DNA of 49,616 bases from an uncultured Roseburia sp. (lineage in GTDB: Bacteria > Bacillota > Clostridia > Lachnospirales > Lachnospiraceae), in the NCBI GenBank assembly GCA_947628935.1, contig CANRBT010000001.1:1-49616 (forward strand). Reading direction: 5' to 3'. Positions within the stretch are counted from its first letter, which is position 1. Each line of letters starts with the position of its first letter. The translations under genes and the position numbers were made by a program. A model generated the notes under the pieces. That model saw only the letters and a list, made by a program, of their open reading frames with translations. It searched no databases and was not told the DNA's origin. Shown in pieces: positions 36,634-47,107 of the stretch.

Positions 36634-38751
36634 CTACATCAATACGTTCACATCAAGGATCAGAGCGACCTCGCCGTCGCCAAGGATCGTCGCGCCGCTG
36701 ATGATCTTGTTATTGTTAATGTATTTGCCAAGCGATTTGATAACGATCTCCTGCTGTCCCATCAAGCCGTCGACCACAAGACCTGCCATGTTCTCACCCT
36801 TCTGGACGATGACAACGGTCAGGCGCTCCTGCTTCTCCTCCATCGGCTCAAAATCCAGCAGATCGTCCAGACGGATGAGCGGGATGACCTTCCCGCGCAG
36901 GTGGATGACCTCCTTCGCCTCTACATACTTGATATCCTCGACCGGAATATCCTCGATATTGGAAATGGAGCCGAGCGCGATCGCGTACTTCTCATCGCGG
37001 ATCTCGACCATCAGCGCCTGGATGATCGCCAGCGTCAACGGCAGGCGGACCGTAAAGGTCGTCCCCTCTCCCAGCGCCGTCTTGACCTCAACGTCGCCGC
37101 CAAGCGCTTCGATATTGGACTTCACGACATCCAGACCGACCCCGCGGCCGGAGATATCTGTGATCTTCTTTGCCATGGAAAAGCTCGGCATGAACAAAAG
37201 ATTGACGATCTCCTTCTGGCTCATCGTCTCCGCCTGCTCCTCCGTGATGACGCCGCGCTCCACAGCCTTGTTGCGCACAGCATCGACATCGATACCGTTT
37301 CCGTCGTCACCCACCTGGATGATGACGTTGTTTCCTTCCTGGAACGCGTTCAGGAAGATGCTGCCGACCTCGGACTTGCCCCTTGCAATACGGGTCTCGT
37401 TGTCCTCCAGACCGTGATCCGCGGAGTTGCGGAGCAGATGCTGGAGCGGATCGCCGATCTGGTCCACGACGGTACGGTCGAGCTCTGTGTCCTCACCTGT
37501 CATGAACAGCTCCATCTTCTTATCCAGCTTCCTGGACAGATCGCGGATCATGCGCGGGAACTTTGCCACAACGCTCTCAATAGGCACCATTCGCACCTTC
37601 ATGACCGACTCGTGCAGGTCTGTCGTCACGCGCTCCAGATATTCGATCTGGTCATGGATCGCCTGGCTCTGGGAATCGCCCGACTCGACAGAGCTTAAGG
37701 ACACCAGACTGTTTTTTGCAATGATCAGCTCGGACACCTGGTTCATCAGGGTGTCCAGCTTCTCGATATCCACACGCACGGTACGGCTTGTGACAGGCTT
37801 TGCAACCGTCGTCTTCTTTCCCGCATCCGCCTTCTGTGCCGCCGGAGCCGGAGCTGCCGGCGCAGCGGGAGCCGCGGGAGCCTGCGTCTCCGGCTTCGTC
37901 TCCGGCGCCGCAGCCGCCTCCGCCTCTTCCTTCTCCTGCTTTGCGATCAGCGCCTCATACTTGACCTCCTCGCCGACGACGTTCTCGATCTCGGAGACCG
38001 CCTTCGCGACATCCCGGATCTTCTCGAAGCTCTCCTCCGCCGCAATATAAAAGCTGAAGTCATACTCGAACTTCTCATCCTCGATATCCTGCGAGCTCGG
38101 GTTGTAGGCGAGGATCTGTCCGACCTCCTCGACCGCCTTGAACACGAGGAACGCCCTTGCCGCCTTTAACAGGCATTCCTTCTGTATGTACACGGTGACG
38201 CCGTACACATGCTGCCCGGCATCCTCCGCCTCCTTGATCTTGCCCTTTTCCGTATCGCTCAGCTCGAACTCGAGATACTTCCTGCCGTCGCCGGAGTCCT
38301 TCTTCTCCTCTTCCTTCTTCTCCTCCGCCGCAGGAGCCTCCTCGGCAGAAGCCGCCGCCTCGCCGTTCGCCATCGCGATGAAATTGTTCAGTTCCTTGAT
38401 GAGGATCTCATTGTCCTCCGTCCCCTCGTCCGAGCTCTCCTTGACGTTGTTCAGATAGCCCTCGATCGCGTCCAGGCACTTAAACAGCAGGTCGATCATG
38501 GGACTGTTGACCTTGATCTTGTCGCTCCGAACCTCCTGGAACACGTTCTCCATGTCATGCGTCAGATGCTGCATCCGCTTAAAGCCCATGGTTCCCGCCA
38601 TCCCCTTCAGAGAATGGGCCGCACGGAAAATCTCGTTGATCGTATCCATGTTCTCCGGATCGTTCTCCAGCCCCATGATACAATCGCTCAGATTCTGCAA
38701 ATGCTCACTTGTTTCGTCAATGAAAATCTCGAGATACTGGCTTACATCCAT
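36634..38751 (-). CDS. cheA: Chemotaxis histidine kinase CheA
   Basis: FRAAHSLKGM (P1), P2, HLLRNSADHG, DDGNG, SGRGVGLDVV, C-terminal CheW-like domain. Confidence 0.98.
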   Translation of the reverse strand: MDVSQYLEIFIDETSEHLQNLSDCIMGLENDPENMDTINEIFRAAHSLKGMAGTMGFKRMQHLTHDMENVFQEVRSDKIKVNSPMIDLLFKCLDAIEGYLNNVKESSDEGTEDNEILIKELNNFIAMANGEAAASAEEAPAAEEKKEEEKKDSGDGRKYLEFELSDTEKGKIKEAEDAGQHVYGVTVYIQKECLLKAARAFLVFKAVEEVGQILAYNPSSQDIEDEKFEYDFSFYIAAEESFEKIRDVAKAVSEIENVVGEEVKYEALIAKQEKEEAEAAAAPETKPETQAPAAPAAPAAPAPAAQKADAGKKTTVAKPVTSRTVRVDIEKLDTLMNQVSELIIAKNSLVSLSSVESGDSQSQAIHDQIEYLERVTTDLHESVMKVRMVPIESVVAKFPRMIRDLSRKLDKKMELFMTGEDTELDRTVVDQIGDPLQHLLRNSADHGLEDNETRIARGKSEVGSIFLNAFQEGNNVIIQVGDDGNGIDVDAVRNKAVERGVITEEQAETMSQKEIVNLLFMPSFSMAKKITDISGRGVGLDVVKSNIEALGGDVEVKTALGEGTTFTVRLPLTLAIIQALMVEIRDEKYAIALGSISNIEDIPVEDIKYVEAKEVIHLRGKVIPLIRLDDLLDFEPMEEKQERLTVVIVQKGENMAGLVVDGLMGQQEIVIKSLGKYINNNKIISGATILGDGEVALILDVNVLM

Positions 38752-38752
38752 T

Positions 38753-39829
38753 TCACTTTACCCCCACGTTCTTTATGATTGATTTTGCAACTTCTGTAAG
38801 AGGAACTACCTCGTCCACCAGACCGGTCTCGGCGATCGCCTTCGGCATGCCGTACACGACGCTTGTCGCCGCATCCTGCGCGATCACATGCACGGGCTTC
38901 GTCTTCGCCAAAGACAGGATCCCGTTTGTCCCGTCCGCTCCCATACCGGTCAGCACCACGCAGATCACCTGCGCATATCCGCATTCGCGCAGGGAGTCGT
39001 ATGTAACGTTTGCGCAGGGGCGCAGCCCCCCGATCGCCGGCATGTCGTTGAGCCTGATCTTATGGGTGCCGTCCGGAAGCTTCCTGACCTCCATGTGCCT
39101 TCCGCCGGGGGCTACGTACACAGTCCCCTTCTCGAGCACATCGCCGTCCTCCGCCTCCTTCACATGGATCGGGCTCACCTCGTCCAGACGCTCCGCCATG
39201 GACTTGGTAAACCCCGCAGGCATATGCTGAACCAGCACCATCGGTGCGTTCAGCGCCGCAGGCAGATACGGGATCACGCTCTGCAATGCCTTCGGTCCGC
39301 CCGTCGAACAAGCCAACGCTATGATTTTGTTTCCTGTTTTTGCTGTCCCAGAATCTTTTTTCAAGGTAACTCTCTCTCCGGAATATTTCCGCGGCATGAG
39401 ATCTGTGCGATTCTCCCTGTTGTACTGCTCTGTTCTCAATACCGCAGATAAAACACTCAGCAGATTCCTTCTAAAATCCTCGCCCTTGGCTTCAATCACA
39501 TTCGTTGGCTTCGTCACAAAATCGACAGCTCCACGCTCCATTGCACGTATGGTAACATCCGCATCCTTCGTCGTGGTCGTGCTCACCATGATGACGGTTG
39601 CTTTGATCCTGTCTTTTTGCAGCTTTTCCAACAGCTCCAGACCATCCATCCTTGGCATATTGACATCCAATGCAACCCCGTCATACCGGGTCGTCTTCAG
39701 ACGCTCATATGCTTCCAGACCGTCGCGGCAGGTATCTACCGCCTGGAATGCTTCATCTGAATTGATTATATCACACATGACCCTTCTCATGAGTGCAGAG
39801 TCATCAACAACCAGAATGTTTTTTTTCAT
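38753..39829 (-). CDS. cheB: Chemotaxis methylesterase CheB
   Basis: Receiver VVDDS/LDVNMP; catalytic STGGP, QHMP, TGMGADG. Confidence 0.97.
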   Translation of the reverse strand: MKKNILVVDDSALMRRVMCDIINSDEAFQAVDTCRDGLEAYERLKTTRYDGVALDVNMPRMDGLELLEKLQKDRIKATVIMVSTTTTKDADVTIRAMERGAVDFVTKPTNVIEAKGEDFRRNLLSVLSAVLRTEQYNRENRTDLMPRKYSGERVTLKKDSGTAKTGNKIIALACSTGGPKALQSVIPYLPAALNAPMVLVQHMPAGFTKSMAERLDEVSPIHVKEAEDGDVLEKGTVYVAPGGRHMEVRKLPDGTHKIRLNDMPAIGGLRPCANVTYDSLRECGYAQVICVVLTGMGADGTNGILSLAKTKPVHVIAQDAATSVVYGMPKAIAETGLVDEVVPLTEVAKSIIKNVGVK

Positions 39830-40599
39830 GGTAAATCCTTTTGCCCTCTCTGGCGCATCTTGCGCTCCTCCTCGAAGATAAAGCGGATGATCTCCTCCCG
39901 CACATTGTCATCCTGGAACAAGAACCTTGCGCGCACCTCGCAGCGCCCGTCCTTCAGCTTTTCGATCCGCTCGCAGCTGATCACAATGCCCACGATATAA
40001 TAACGCTTATCCACACTCTCGTTCTGCAGATGGATCTCGAACAAAAGGTACTGCTCCGGTCTGAGTCTTATTTTGCGCTGGGATTCCACGGTAAAACGGA
40101 TGCCGCCGCCGCTTAGATCGACGACCTTCCCCTCTTCCCCAAATCTCCGGTAGCCGAAATCCTCCTCCTGCAGGTGCAGAAAGATCATCTCGCCGGACTC
40201 CATCTGCGCTTCCTCCTCGGTGATCGGGTAATAGCTGATGTCCAACAGGTAGGGATAACGAAAATATTCCCGCCGCTGGTACTTCTCGAGCTGCGACTTC
40301 AGCTCCATCTCCAGCATGTAGATATTGTCCTTCTTGTAGCGCTCCTTCACCTGCCCCAGCGCCCGGTACAGCCCTGTGCTGGTAAAAAATACCATCTCAT
40401 AGCGCACGCCGAGCGGGATCAGGATCAGCTTTTCCGCCTCGCTCGGCATCAGGATCTCCAGGTTCCCGTTCTCCCGGATATCCAGCACCTGGCTCTTAAA
40501 GATGCGCTGAACCTCCTGTCCGTCCTTCGCGCGGTTCGCATTCTGCGCGAAGCTGAGATCGATCTTGTCTCCCGGTCTGATAATGCTTGCAACTTCCAT
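39826..40599 (-). CDS. PilZ-domain c-di-GMP flagellar brake (YcgR/MotI-like)
   Basis: QRREYFR (RxxxR) and DLSGGG (DxSxxG). Start at ATG 40599. Confidence 0.88.
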   Translation of the reverse strand: MEVASIIRPGDKIDLSFAQNANRAKDGQEVQRIFKSQVLDIRENGNLEILMPSEAEKLILIPLGVRYEMVFFTSTGLYRALGQVKERYKKDNIYMLEMELKSQLEKYQRREYFRYPYLLDISYYPITEEEAQMESGEMIFLHLQEEDFGYRRFGEEGKVVDLSGGGIRFTVESQRKIRLRPEQYLLFEIHLQNESVDKRYYIVGIVISCERIEKLKDGRCEVRARFLFQDDNVREEIIRFIFEEERKMRQRGQKDLP

Positions 40600-40615
40600 C
40601 TCTCTCTGCTCCCCC

Positions 40616-41494
40616 CTAGTCCGTCTGTTTCCAGAATCTGGAAAACAGTTGTGCAATTCCTGTCGCATATGTTGTCTGTCTCACGTCCATATCCAGTATG
40701 CTCGCCGTCAGCGCCTCGAACGCCCTGGACGACTTTGCCGCCGGCGCATCCAGCGATACGGTCTTCTGCTGTCTGACCGCACGCTCCAGCATGCGGTCCT
40801 GCGGGATGCTCCCCGCATAGCAGAGCTCCCCCTCCAGAAACTGTCCCACCACGGAGCTCAGTTTCTCGAACACCATCCTGCCCTCGTCCTCCGAGCCTGC
40901 CCGGTTGACAAGGACGCTGATCTTCGTCTCCTGCCGCTGAAAGCGGGGATCGCGGTATGCAGCCTTCAGCAGGGAATAGGCGTCCGTCAGCGCGCTCGGG
41001 TCCGCGGTCGTCACCAGAAGCACCTCCGGGCTCACCAGCACAAATTCCAGCACATGGCTGGAAATGCCCGCTCCCGTATCGATAAGGATGACGTCCGCCT
41101 TCCGATCCAGCGCCTGCAGGGACTTCGTCAGCGAAATGACCTGCTCCTTCGTCAGATCATTCAGCCCTGCCACCCCCGTCCCGCCGGACACGAATCCGAT
41201 GCCGAGGGGTCCCTCCGTGATGATATCCGCGATGTTCTTTCCGTGATAGATGACATCCCCCAGATGGTACTGCGGCACAGCCCCGAACATGACTTCTACA
41301 TTTGCCAATCCGAAATCCGCGTCGAACACGATGACCTTTTTTCCCAGCTTCTGCATCTGCACAGCCAGATTGACCGCCACATTCGACTTTCCCACGCCTC
41401 CCTTTCCGCTGGTGACTGTGATGACCCGCGCATTGGGCTTATACACCTGATTTTTCAGTTTTACGACATTCCTGAGCTTCTCTGCCTGGTCCAT
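40616..41494 (-). CDS. flhG: MinD-like flagellar number regulator FlhG
   Basis: MDQAEKLR activator helix, SGKGGVGKS, DADFGLAN, IDTGAG. Confidence 0.93.
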   Translation of the reverse strand: MDQAEKLRNVVKLKNQVYKPNARVITVTSGKGGVGKSNVAVNLAVQMQKLGKKVIVFDADFGLANVEVMFGAVPQYHLGDVIYHGKNIADIITEGPLGIGFVSGGTGVAGLNDLTKEQVISLTKSLQALDRKADVILIDTGAGISSHVLEFVLVSPEVLLVTTADPSALTDAYSLLKAAYRDPRFQRQETKISVLVNRAGSEDEGRMVFEKLSSVVGQFLEGELCYAGSIPQDRMLERAVRQQKTVSLDAPAAKSSRAFEALTASILDMDVRQTTYATGIAQLFSRFWKQTD

Positions 41495-41547
41495 AGGAAA
41501 ACCATGCCTTTCTGTTCTGTATCTCAAGCAGTGCCGAGGGGCTGCCG

Positions 41548-42822
41548 TCATCTGCCGCCCAAAAGCTGCTTTACGATCTTTTGTGTGTCAAATACCTCGA
41601 TATCGTCCGGTACGTTCTGCCCGGCGGTCATATAGGAAAGCGACGTCCCCGAATAGAGCTTGACATTCAGGATATTTCCGTACGTCGTCGTCTCATCCAG
41701 CTTGGTAAATATCAGCTTGTAGTCCGCGATCTCCCGGTAGATATCCGCGATCTCAAGCAGATCCTTGTATTTTGTCGTCGCGCTCAAGACCAGATACACC
41801 TCGCGCTCGTACTCCTCGTTCAGACCCGCGATCAGCGATTTCATGTCGCTGCACTGCGCCTCGTTGCGATGGGAAAACCCTGCCGTATCGACAAAGACCA
41901 GGTCGTAATCGCAGAGCCGCTCCAGGGCGGCGTTCATCTCCTCCGCAGAGTAAATGATATTCATCGGCGCATCCAGAATATTCGCGTAAATCCGCAGCTG
42001 CTCCGTCGCCGCGATGCGGTAGGTATCGGCTGTGAGGAACGCCACACGCTTCTCCTTCTCCACCTTATAGCGGGATGCGATCTTCGCCAGCGTCGTCGTC
42101 TTCCCAACGCCCGTAGGACCGATAAAGAAAATGACGCGCGGCTTTTTCGCCGTCAGGTTGATCGTGTCCGGCTGCCCGAACTTCAGGATCAGCTTCTGAT
42201 AGACGTTGGAGAGGATATAGTCCACGCTGTTGCCCTTGCTCACGACCTTCTCCGCATCCTCCATGATCTGATTGACATACTTCTCGTTGACATCGTTCTC
42301 CAGAAGGGTGCGGTAGAGCATCTTCACAAACTGAAACCCCTCCGGACTTGCCTGCTGCGTCTCCATACGCTCCTCCTTGCAGTTCTCCTCCGCGGAAAGC
42401 TGCTTTTCCAGAATATGGGACAGATTCTCCAGGCGGCGCTCCAGTCCCTCGCTCGTATTTTCCTTCCGCTCCTCCGCCAGCGCGGTCTGCCCCTCCGTCA
42501 CAGGCTGCACACGCGCTGACTGCACATGCGCTGACTGCGCGTGCGCAGCCGGCGCATGCGGAATTGTGATCGGCTCATCCGCGGCAAGGTTGATCCCCTC
42601 CGCCGTCTTTTGCTGCACAGCCGCTGCGGAAACAGGATTGGCAAACTTTTCCTTCTCCTCCATCGCCATCGTCACCTCATAGATCGGCTCCTTGAACACC
42701 TTCAGCATTCCCTTGGGCTTGATCTCCTTGACGTTCAATACGACTGCCCCTTCGCCCATCTCCTTCTTTGCGTTTTCGATCGCCTCTTCTTTTGTCCTGC
42801 CCTGATACTTGTTAATGGTCAT
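41548..42822 (-). CDS. flhF: SRP-type GTPase FlhF
   Basis: GPTGVGKTTT, DTYRIAA, DTAG, TKLDE, GQNVPDD. Confidence 0.96.
   Translation of the reverse strand: MTINKYQGRTKEEAIENAKKEMGEGAVVLNVKEIKPKGMLKVFKEPIYEVTMAMEEKEKFANPVSAAAVQQKTAEGINLAADEPITIPHAPAAHAQSAHVQSARVQPVTEGQTALAEERKENTSEGLERRLENLSHILEKQLSAEENCKEERMETQQASPEGFQFVKMLYRTLLENDVNEKYVNQIMEDAEKVVSKGNSVDYILSNVYQKLILKFGQPDTINLTAKKPRVIFFIGPTGVGKTTTLAKIASRYKVEKEKRVAFLTADTYRIAATEQLRIYANILDAPMNIIYSAEEMNAALERLCDYDLVFVDTAGFSHRNEAQCSDMKSLIAGLNEEYEREVYLVLSATTKYKDLLEIADIYREIADYKLIFTKLDETTTYGNILNVKLYSGTSLSYMTAGQNVPDDIEVFDTQKIVKQLLGGR
42505..42549. repeat. Three 15-nt tandem units in the flhF B-domain linker
   Basis: ctgcacacgcgctga / ctgcacatgcgctga / ctgcgcgtgcgcagc, encoding AAHAQ-SAHVQ-SARVQ. 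Confidence 0.7.
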
Positions 42823-42823
42823 G

Positions 42824-44857
42824 TTATGCGGTCACCATCCCTACTGATTGTAATTCTACGTTGGACTCCACCTCATTGTAAGAGACAACGATCAGATCCT
42901 TGAAATATTCCTCTGTCAGCTTCTTAAAGTACATTCTCACGATCGGCGATGTGATCACGATCGCGCTCTTTCCCATGTTCTCCAGCTTCGAGACCTCCTC
43001 CTCGACAGAAGCCATCACGGCTTTCGTCTTTTCCGGGTCGAGGGTCAGATATGCGCCCTGCTCCGTCTGCTTCACAGAGGACATGATCTCCTGCTCCACC
43101 TTCGGGTCAAGCGTGATGACGCTCGTCGTCTCGTTCGCCGGGAAGTACTTGCTCGAGATGGCGCGCTTTAAGCTCTGCCGGACATACTCCGTGAGCACAT
43201 CGGTATCTCTGGTCGCGGAAGCATGGTCGGCAAGCGTCTCAAAGATGCTGAGCAGGTCGCGGATCGAGATCCCCTCGGACAGCAGATTCTGCAATACCTT
43301 CTGCACCTCTCCCAGTCCCAGCAGCTTCGGCACCAGCTCATCCACAAGCACAGGATTGCTCTCCTTGAGATTGTTGATGAGGTTCTGCACATCCTGGCGC
43401 GTGAGCAGCTCCGCGATATGCGACCGGATGACCTCCGTCAGATGCGTCGCTATGATGGACGGCGGATCGACCACAGTGTAGCCCAGACTCTCCGCGCGCT
43501 CCCTCTGGCTCTCCGTGATCCAGATCGCCGGCAGATGGAACGACGGTTCAAAGGTCGGAATACCCGTGATCTCCTCCTCCACATAGCCGGGGTTCATCGC
43601 CATATAGTGATCGAAGAGGATCTCTCCCTCCGTCACCTGAATGCCCTTGATCTTGATGATATATTGATTCGGATTCAACTGTATATTATCCCGCAATCGG
43701 ATGATCGGTACAACCGTACCAAGCTCTAGCGCGATCTGTCTTCGGATCATGACGACACGATCCAGCAGATCTCCCCCTTGATTGACATCCGCCAGCGGAA
43801 TGATACCGTAACCAAATTCCAGCTCGATCGGGTCCACCTGCAGCAGTGAGACGACGTTCTCCGGCTTTCGGATCTCCTCCGCCTCGGTCTCCGCCATGCT
43901 GACCTCCTCCTCGATCTCCTCGATGCCGAGATTCTTCTCGACCATGCGACCTGCCACGATAAAGGCGATGCCGAACGGAACGAACAAAAACCATTCGAGC
44001 GGCGTCACGATCCCAAGAAACGCCATCGTGCCGCCGACGAGATAGAGCACCTTCGGGATGCCGAAGAGCTGCCCGACCAGAACATTGGAGAAATCCGCCT
44101 CCTTGGACGCCTTTGTGACGAGAATACCGGTCGCCAGGGAGATCAGCAGGGACGGGATCTGGGAACAGAGTCCGTCGCCCATCGTCAGAAGCCCGTAGCG
44201 CTGGATCGCGTCGGAGAACTCCATCCCCTGGCGCAGAACGCCCATGATCGTCCCTCCGATCAGGTTGACGAACGTGATGAGAAGACCTGCCGCCGCGTCT
44301 CCCTTGACATACTTCGTCGCACCATCCATGGAACCGAAGAAGCTGGACTCCTCCTGGATCTTATTTCTACGCTCCCGCGCCTCCTTCTCTGTGATCGTCC
44401 CGGTATTCAGATCCGCGTCGATCGCCATCTGCTTGCCCGGCATTGCGTCCAGGGTGAACCTCGCCGTCACCTCCGCCACTCGCTCGGAGCCCTTGTTGAT
44501 GACAACAAACTGAATGATGATCAGAATGATGAACACGATGGCTCCCACGATCATATCGCCGCCGCCGACAAAGTTGCCGAACGTCTCCACAACGTTTCCC
44601 GGCGCGCCGGTCGTCAGGATCAGACGTGTGGAAGAAACGTTCAGTGAAATGCGGAAGATCGTCGTGAACAACAGCAGCGTCGGGAAGAAGGACATATCGA
44701 GCACTTCCTTCACGAACAGCGTGTTGAACAGAACGATCATCGCAAGCGATATGTTGATCGCCAGCATTACGTCAAGCAGTGTGGAATTGATCGGCACTAT
44801 AAAAAAGATGACTGCAGCCAGCAGATAAAGCGCCACGCCCACGTCAGCTTTTTTCAT
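42824..44857 (-). CDS. flhA: Flagellar export gate protein FlhA
   Basis: RVAEVTARFTLDAMPGKQMAIDADL, FFGSMDGATKYVKGD. Confidence 0.98.
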   Translation of the reverse strand: MKKADVGVALYLLAAVIFFIVPINSTLLDVMLAINISLAMIVLFNTLFVKEVLDMSFFPTLLLFTTIFRISLNVSSTRLILTTGAPGNVVETFGNFVGGGDMIVGAIVFIILIIIQFVVINKGSERVAEVTARFTLDAMPGKQMAIDADLNTGTITEKEARERRNKIQEESSFFGSMDGATKYVKGDAAAGLLITFVNLIGGTIMGVLRQGMEFSDAIQRYGLLTMGDGLCSQIPSLLISLATGILVTKASKEADFSNVLVGQLFGIPKVLYLVGGTMAFLGIVTPLEWFLFVPFGIAFIVAGRMVEKNLGIEEIEEEVSMAETEAEEIRKPENVVSLLQVDPIELEFGYGIIPLADVNQGGDLLDRVVMIRRQIALELGTVVPIIRLRDNIQLNPNQYIIKIKGIQVTEGEILFDHYMAMNPGYVEEEITGIPTFEPSFHLPAIWITESQRERAESLGYTVVDPPSIIATHLTEVIRSHIAELLTRQDVQNLINNLKESNPVLVDELVPKLLGLGEVQKVLQNLLSEGISIRDLLSIFETLADHASATRDTDVLTEYVRQSLKRAISSKYFPANETTSVITLDPKVEQEIMSSVKQTEQGAYLTLDPEKTKAVMASVEEEVSKLENMGKSAIVITSPIVRMYFKKLTEEYFKDLIVVSYNEVESNVELQSVGMVTA

Positions 44858-44875
44858 ACCCGTTCCTCCTTCGTC

Positions 44876-45985
44876 TTATCTCTGTTTGCTATTATATACC
44901 ATTGCAAGGATTTCCGCCACTGCCTGATAAAGCTCGGGCGGTATCTCTCCGCCGATATCCACATTCGCATACAGCATCCTCGCCAACGGCTTGTTCTCCA
45001 CAATCTCGATCCGGTTCTCCTTTGCCACCTCCCGGATCTTCATCGCCAGATAATCCTCGCCCTTTGCCAGCACGATCGGCGCGCGGTTGACCTCCGGCTC
45101 GTACTTGATCGCCACAGCCAGATGCGTCGGGTTCGTGATGACGACATCCGCCTTCGGGACATCCTGCATCATACGACGCCTGGACGCCTCACGCATCCTC
45201 TGCCGCTGCCTTCCCTTGATCTCCGGATTTCCCTCCGTGTTCTTGTACTCATCCTTGACCTCCTGCTTGGTCATCTTCATATCCTCATTAAAGCGGTGCT
45301 TCTGATACAGGAAATCAGCGATACCGACGATCAGATATACGATACTGATACGGATGCCCGCATCGATGATGATGCTGCCGCACAGCCCAATGGCCTGCGG
45401 GAGCGGAATGTCATACAGGATGAAGATATCGTCCGCCTCGTCCCGGATCGAGATGTATGCGATATAGAGAATGACCGCGATCTTGACGATGGACTTGAAC
45501 AGCTCGAACAGGGAATCCTTGGATATGATCCGCTTGAACCCGTTGAGCGGATTAAACCGGTCCAGCTTCGGCTTCAGCGGCTTTCCCGTCACCTTCCACC
45601 CTACCTGCAGGATATTGACCAGCAAGGTCACGGCAAAACCAAAGAGAAAAAACGGCGCCGCGATCACAGCCATCCGCAGGAAGATCTCCGCAAAAAAGCT
45701 CTGGATCGCCTGTACGGACATCTCGACGGAGTTGATCTTCACAAAATCAGACATCGTTCCGTACACATACCGGAACACGTTGAGGAATCCGTCCCCCACC
45801 GTGGACACAAAGACCCGCAGCACCAGGAAAAGCACGATCAGGTCAAAGGCCGCCGTGAGTTCCTTGCTCTTTACGACCTTGCCCTCCTCTCTCGCCTCTC
45901 TTAACTTTTTCGCGGTCGCCGGCTCGGTTTTTTCACCGCCCGGTCCGTCCTTTGCGAACCACTGAAGATCATATGAAAAAAGCAT
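44876..45985 (-). CDS. flhB: Flagellar export switch protein FlhB
   Basis: EKTEPAT.KK...AREEG, KMTKQEVKDEYK..EGNP, autocleavage motif NPTH. Start at ATG 45985. Confidence 0.97.
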   Translation of the reverse strand: MLFSYDLQWFAKDGPGGEKTEPATAKKLREAREEGKVVKSKELTAAFDLIVLFLVLRVFVSTVGDGFLNVFRYVYGTMSDFVKINSVEMSVQAIQSFFAEIFLRMAVIAAPFFLFGFAVTLLVNILQVGWKVTGKPLKPKLDRFNPLNGFKRIISKDSLFELFKSIVKIAVILYIAYISIRDEADDIFILYDIPLPQAIGLCGSIIIDAGIRISIVYLIVGIADFLYQKHRFNEDMKMTKQEVKDEYKNTEGNPEIKGRQRQRMREASRRRMMQDVPKADVVITNPTHLAVAIKYEPEVNRAPIVLAKGEDYLAMKIREVAKENRIEIVENKPLARMLYANVDIGGEIPPELYQAVAEILAMVYNSKQR

Positions 45986-46007
45986 CTGCCCTGTTCCCTC
46001 TTCTATG

Positions 46008-46787
46008 CTAATACAGGCTCTCGACCACTGAGACCACCATCTTGCGCATCTCGCCAAAGATAAAGTCCGCGATCCCGGGCAGCAGCGTGACCGTTAAGAA
46101 CATTACAGTCAACCCCAGCAGCACCTTCATCTGCATACCGACCGCAAACATGTTCATCTGCGGCGCGACCTTCGCCATAATGCCGAGGATGCAGTTGAGG
46201 ATCATAATGCTCGCGAAGATCGGGAGCACGATGCGGAACGCGATGATGAACATGTCCGTGATAAACCCTGTGATCACGTTCAACAGGCTGTCCCACTGAA
46301 AGAGCTGTGCGTTCAGCGGGACGACGGTAAAGGAATCGACGATTGCCCGCAGCAGCACATGGTGCATGTCGGTCACGACCATGATCAACAGGATCAGATA
46401 CTGGTACAGATTCCCGCTGATGGTCACCTGGGTATTGAACATCGGATCGAACTCCTGCGCCATGGAGAGACCGATATCCATGTCGATGATATTGCCCGCA
46501 AATAAAATAATGGAATTACAAATGTTTGCAGCAAACCCCATCAGCAACCCTGTAATTCCTTCCCTTAACACAATCACAGCATACCCGATCATCCCCGTAT
46601 ACTCGATCGCCGACGCATCTACGGAGTGGAAGATCAGGATCGTCACAGCCAGGGCAAGCCCGATCTTCGCCCGCGACGGAACGTTCCTCGTGGAAAAGAA
46701 CGGCGCCACGAACATAAAAGCAGATATGCGTACCAATATCAAAATCAGTATTTCAAAATCGATCAGCGAAAACGAATAGTCAAACAT
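46008..46787 (-). CDS. fliR: Flagellar biosynthesis protein FliR
   Basis: LVRISAF...PFF, AGNIIDMDIGLS, KVAPQMNMF. Confidence 0.95.
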   Translation of the reverse strand: MFDYSFSLIDFEILILILVRISAFMFVAPFFSTRNVPSRAKIGLALAVTILIFHSVDASAIEYTGMIGYAVIVLREGITGLLMGFAANICNSIILFAGNIIDMDIGLSMAQEFDPMFNTQVTISGNLYQYLILLIMVVTDMHHVLLRAIVDSFTVVPLNAQLFQWDSLLNVITGFITDMFIIAFRIVLPIFASIMILNCILGIMAKVAPQMNMFAVGMQMKVLLGLTVMFLTVTLLPGIADFIFGEMRKMVVSVVESLY

Positions 46788-46795
46788 GCCTCATC

Positions 46796-47065
46796 CTATC
46801 CCAGGTACACACTGAAATCCCAGATCCTGTTGATGAACTCGATCAGGTTCGTCAGGATCCAGGAGCCGAACAGCATGATTCCCAAAAAGACGGAAAGGAT
46901 CTTCGGCACAAAGGTAAGCGTCTGCTCCTGAATGGACGTCACGGTCTGAAAGATACTGACGATCAGACCTACGATCAGGGAAATCAGAAGCATCGGCGCA
47001 GAACATATGATAATCGTATAAAGCGCATCCCTCGCAATATCCAAAACAACTCCCTGCGTCATCAC
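46796..47065 (-). CDS. fliQ: Flagellar biosynthesis protein FliQ
   Basis: VGLIVSIFQTVTSIQEQTLTFVPKI. Confidence 0.97.
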   Translation of the reverse strand: MMTQGVVLDIARDALYTIIICSAPMLLISLIVGLIVSIFQTVTSIQEQTLTFVPKILSVFLGIMLFGSWILTNLIEFINRIWDFSVYLG

Positions 47066-47107
47066 AGCCCCTCCTCATCAAACATATCCGTCTTTGTTGC
47101 CCTCCCG

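Noticed and set aside
43700-43728. Weaker sigma28-like matches (TAGA-N15-ACCGATCA in flhA; TCAA-N15-GCCGAT in flhF and fliP)
   Set aside because: They have mismatches in the short -35 box, and CCGAT arises often from Pro-Ile/Met codons.
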